Positions 62,270 through 64,000 of a DNA stretch of 64,000 nucleotides are shown here, piece by piece. The notes under the pieces are model-generated. The model had not been told where the DNA came from, did not search any database, and saw nothing but the letters and a program-made list of their open reading frames with translations. Position numbers and translations under genes: made by a program. Origin of the DNA: Basidiobolus meristosporus CBS 931.73 (lineage: Eukaryota > Fungi > Basidiobolomycota); NCBI GenBank assembly GCA_002104905.1, contig MCFE01000032.1, positions 1-64,000 of the forward strand, read 5' to 3'. Position 1 is the first letter of the stretch. Every line of letters starts with the position of its first letter.

Positions 62270-63247
62270 ATGTCTCAAATACAAGACTGTCTGAAGTTCA
62301 CATGAGTATTGACCAATAAGTGATATAATAGCATTATGTTGTTGAAGGTCAAGCTGTTTGCCCTGTGGACAAGACTACTTTGACTCAATGCTGTAAGAGA
62401 AGAGAAAAAAGACCATGAGGCTAATGTGGCAAGCCTCTCAGCCATGAAGCACACAAAGAGCATAGGAAGTATTACAAGAATCACAGACAGTGTTTTGCAA
62501 CCCAAGTCATATTTGACCATTCATTGGTCACTACTGTACCCATATTATCTTGCTGGCCTGTTGATACTTCTATATTGGCACCTGGCCATCTTTGTTACCT
62601 TGCACAAGCTGAGTTGGGTAAGTCTGTGATGCCTTTAGGCTCACCTCAGCCTTCTGATTATGGCACACAGAGTGATAGCTCTGACAAAGAAGGTTCACTG
62701 ATGGATTTTGGGCCTATCTCCCCTAACAACCATACCATGTATGAGCCTGGTCAATTCCCTATATGAAATGAGACCACACCTGCTGAAACAAATGCCAAGG
62801 ATACTTTATGGAGCCAAGTGAGCCCAGTATTTTCACCACTAGCAAATGATATAATGTTATCGCTAGAGAAGTGGTGTGTTTCCACCAATATCAGTAATGG
62901 AGGCTTTGAGGATTTATTACTACTTCTTGCCAAAATCATACTGGAAACAACTTTCCATGTACATGGTATAAGTGGACAACTGTCATGTGGCTGGCAACAT
63001 ATGACCCAGAGACTCTCCTGATTCCAGCATATGTTAACAGTTGCATGGCATTCACATCCAAAAATGCTATCATTGCAATGTGTTCAACTTGTCAGAAATC
63101 CACCACCATTGAGGGAAAACATTGTTCACAGTCCAGATATATTCCAGTCATACCCCATCTGAGGAAGCTGATGCAATCCAACAAATATTGCAAAGCTATA
63201 CAGTGCTGCACTCAGTATCAATCAAGCGCAAACATATCCAATATATT
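62270..63247 (+). mobile_element. CACTA/EnSpm transposase (Tnp2-like) N-terminal remnant, truncated by the family E insertion
   Basis: YVNSCMAFT...CSTC...SRYIPVIPHLRKLM...ISNI resembles the CACTA C-x-N-x-C-M / CPxC / YFPIIPRL pattern. Confidence 0.7.
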
Positions 63248-64000
63248 AGACTTGTTCCGTTGGATAGTGCCACATAGTGCCAGCTGGTTTATAGTGCCGG
63301 ATTGATCTGGCACTCTACGGCACTATCTGGCACTATAATTTCTACCATGATGCCAGTGGTATGATACAGTTACTGGTTATTTTACTCAATCTTACTTATG
63401 TTGCTCAGAATAGTGCTTTCCTTGCTTTATTTACTCTTCATAATGCTCCAGACACATTTCTCTCAGTGGATGTCTTCTTGTATGAACATACTGTGCATTG
63501 ATAAGTATCTTAACTATTTTACCTATTCTGCTGTTTTCTCCTATATATGACTTTCCTCTGTATTTACCTGCCAATATGCTGAATCTCTTCAGATATCCAA
63601 ATGCGTGCTCTACCCTTACTCTGAAATGATTAAATATCTCATTGTAGAGCTTCTGCTTCCTGCTAAGCACACCATTCCTTGGCTTCCTATAAGCTGTAAT
63701 ACATCCTAATCTCTGACAATCCTCTCCTATATAGGCCAAGTCTGCCATACATTTCTCCCCTCTACTGAATTCAGGATGATTCTCTACCCAGAGTGCTTTG
63801 TCATGCCTACTTCCAGCAAATGGCCCACTAAACCAGATGATGTTACCCTCAATGTCAGACAGTGCTTGAAACTTCACACAGTGTGCCTTGTACTTGCCAG
63901 AATAAAAGTGCCTCTGCCCTCTAGAAGGTCTGTTAATCCTCACGGGGAAGGTATCCAAAATACTCCTGATATGGAACCTGTTGCTGAACACTCTGGGATA
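63248..64000 (-). mobile_element. One end of a putatively autonomous PIF/Harbinger-related (PHIS) DNA transposon, TIR family E
   Basis: TIR AGACTTGTTCCGTTGGATAGTGCCACA at 63248, preceded by ATT; subterminal AGTGCC/GGCACT repeats; a transposase ORF pointing at this TIR. Confidence 0.85.
63431..63991 (-). CDS. DDE_Tnp_4 (HARBI1/ISL2-like) transposase catalytic domain; 5' part lies beyond the window
   Basis: Open frame of at least 186 aa with ILDTFP, YSGKYKAH, GSRHD, MADLAYIG, YRKP and RVRVEHAFGYLKRF. Confidence 0.88.
   Translation of the reverse strand: MFSNRFHIRSILDTFPVRINRPSRGQRHFYSGKYKAHCVKFQALSDIEGNIIWFSGPFAGSRHDKALWVENHPEFSRGEKCMADLAYIGEDCQRLGCITAYRKPRNGVLSRKQKLYNEIFNHFRVRVEHAFGYLKRFSILAGKYRGKSYIGENSRIGKIVKILINAQYVHTRRHPLREMCLEHYEE

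Larger units (their letters stand above)
32300..64000. other. AT-rich, CpG-depleted block of nested transposon remnants with no recognisable host genes
   Basis: CG dinucleotides almost vanish after ~32.2 kb, and all recognisable coding remnants are TE proteins with stops or frameshifts. Confidence 0.9.

Overview
Eukaryotic genomic DNA from an intron-containing fungus, most likely an early-diverging lineage (inferred from fungal-type Vps36 and acyl-CoA oxidase together with a metazoan/plant-type CTC1). The window has two sharply different halves. About 1-32.2 kb is gene-dense and CpG-rich: a LINE remnant, a zinc-ribbon protein, TSC2, SWT1, yippee, VPS36, acyl-CoA oxidase, an M1 aminopeptidase, CTC1, an alpha/beta lipase, a conserved hypothetical gene and a DDHD phospholipase. 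About 32.3-64 kb has no recognisable host genes, is AT-rich and nearly CpG-free, and is a deeply nested pile of decayed elements: LINE, Gypsy and Copia retroelements, four LTR families, a CACTA remnant, and a DDE_Tnp_4 (PIF/Harbinger-related) TIR family with foldback/MITE derivatives. Several insertion junctions can be resolved to the base through TSDs that restore the host reading frame. I found no rRNA, tRNA or CRISPR array and no clearly new multi-gene system. The best leads are the CTC1 gene, the TIR transposon family with its open transposase, and the CpG-loss domain. All calls come from manual translation and motif recognition, with no database searches; exon boundaries are approximate where stated.
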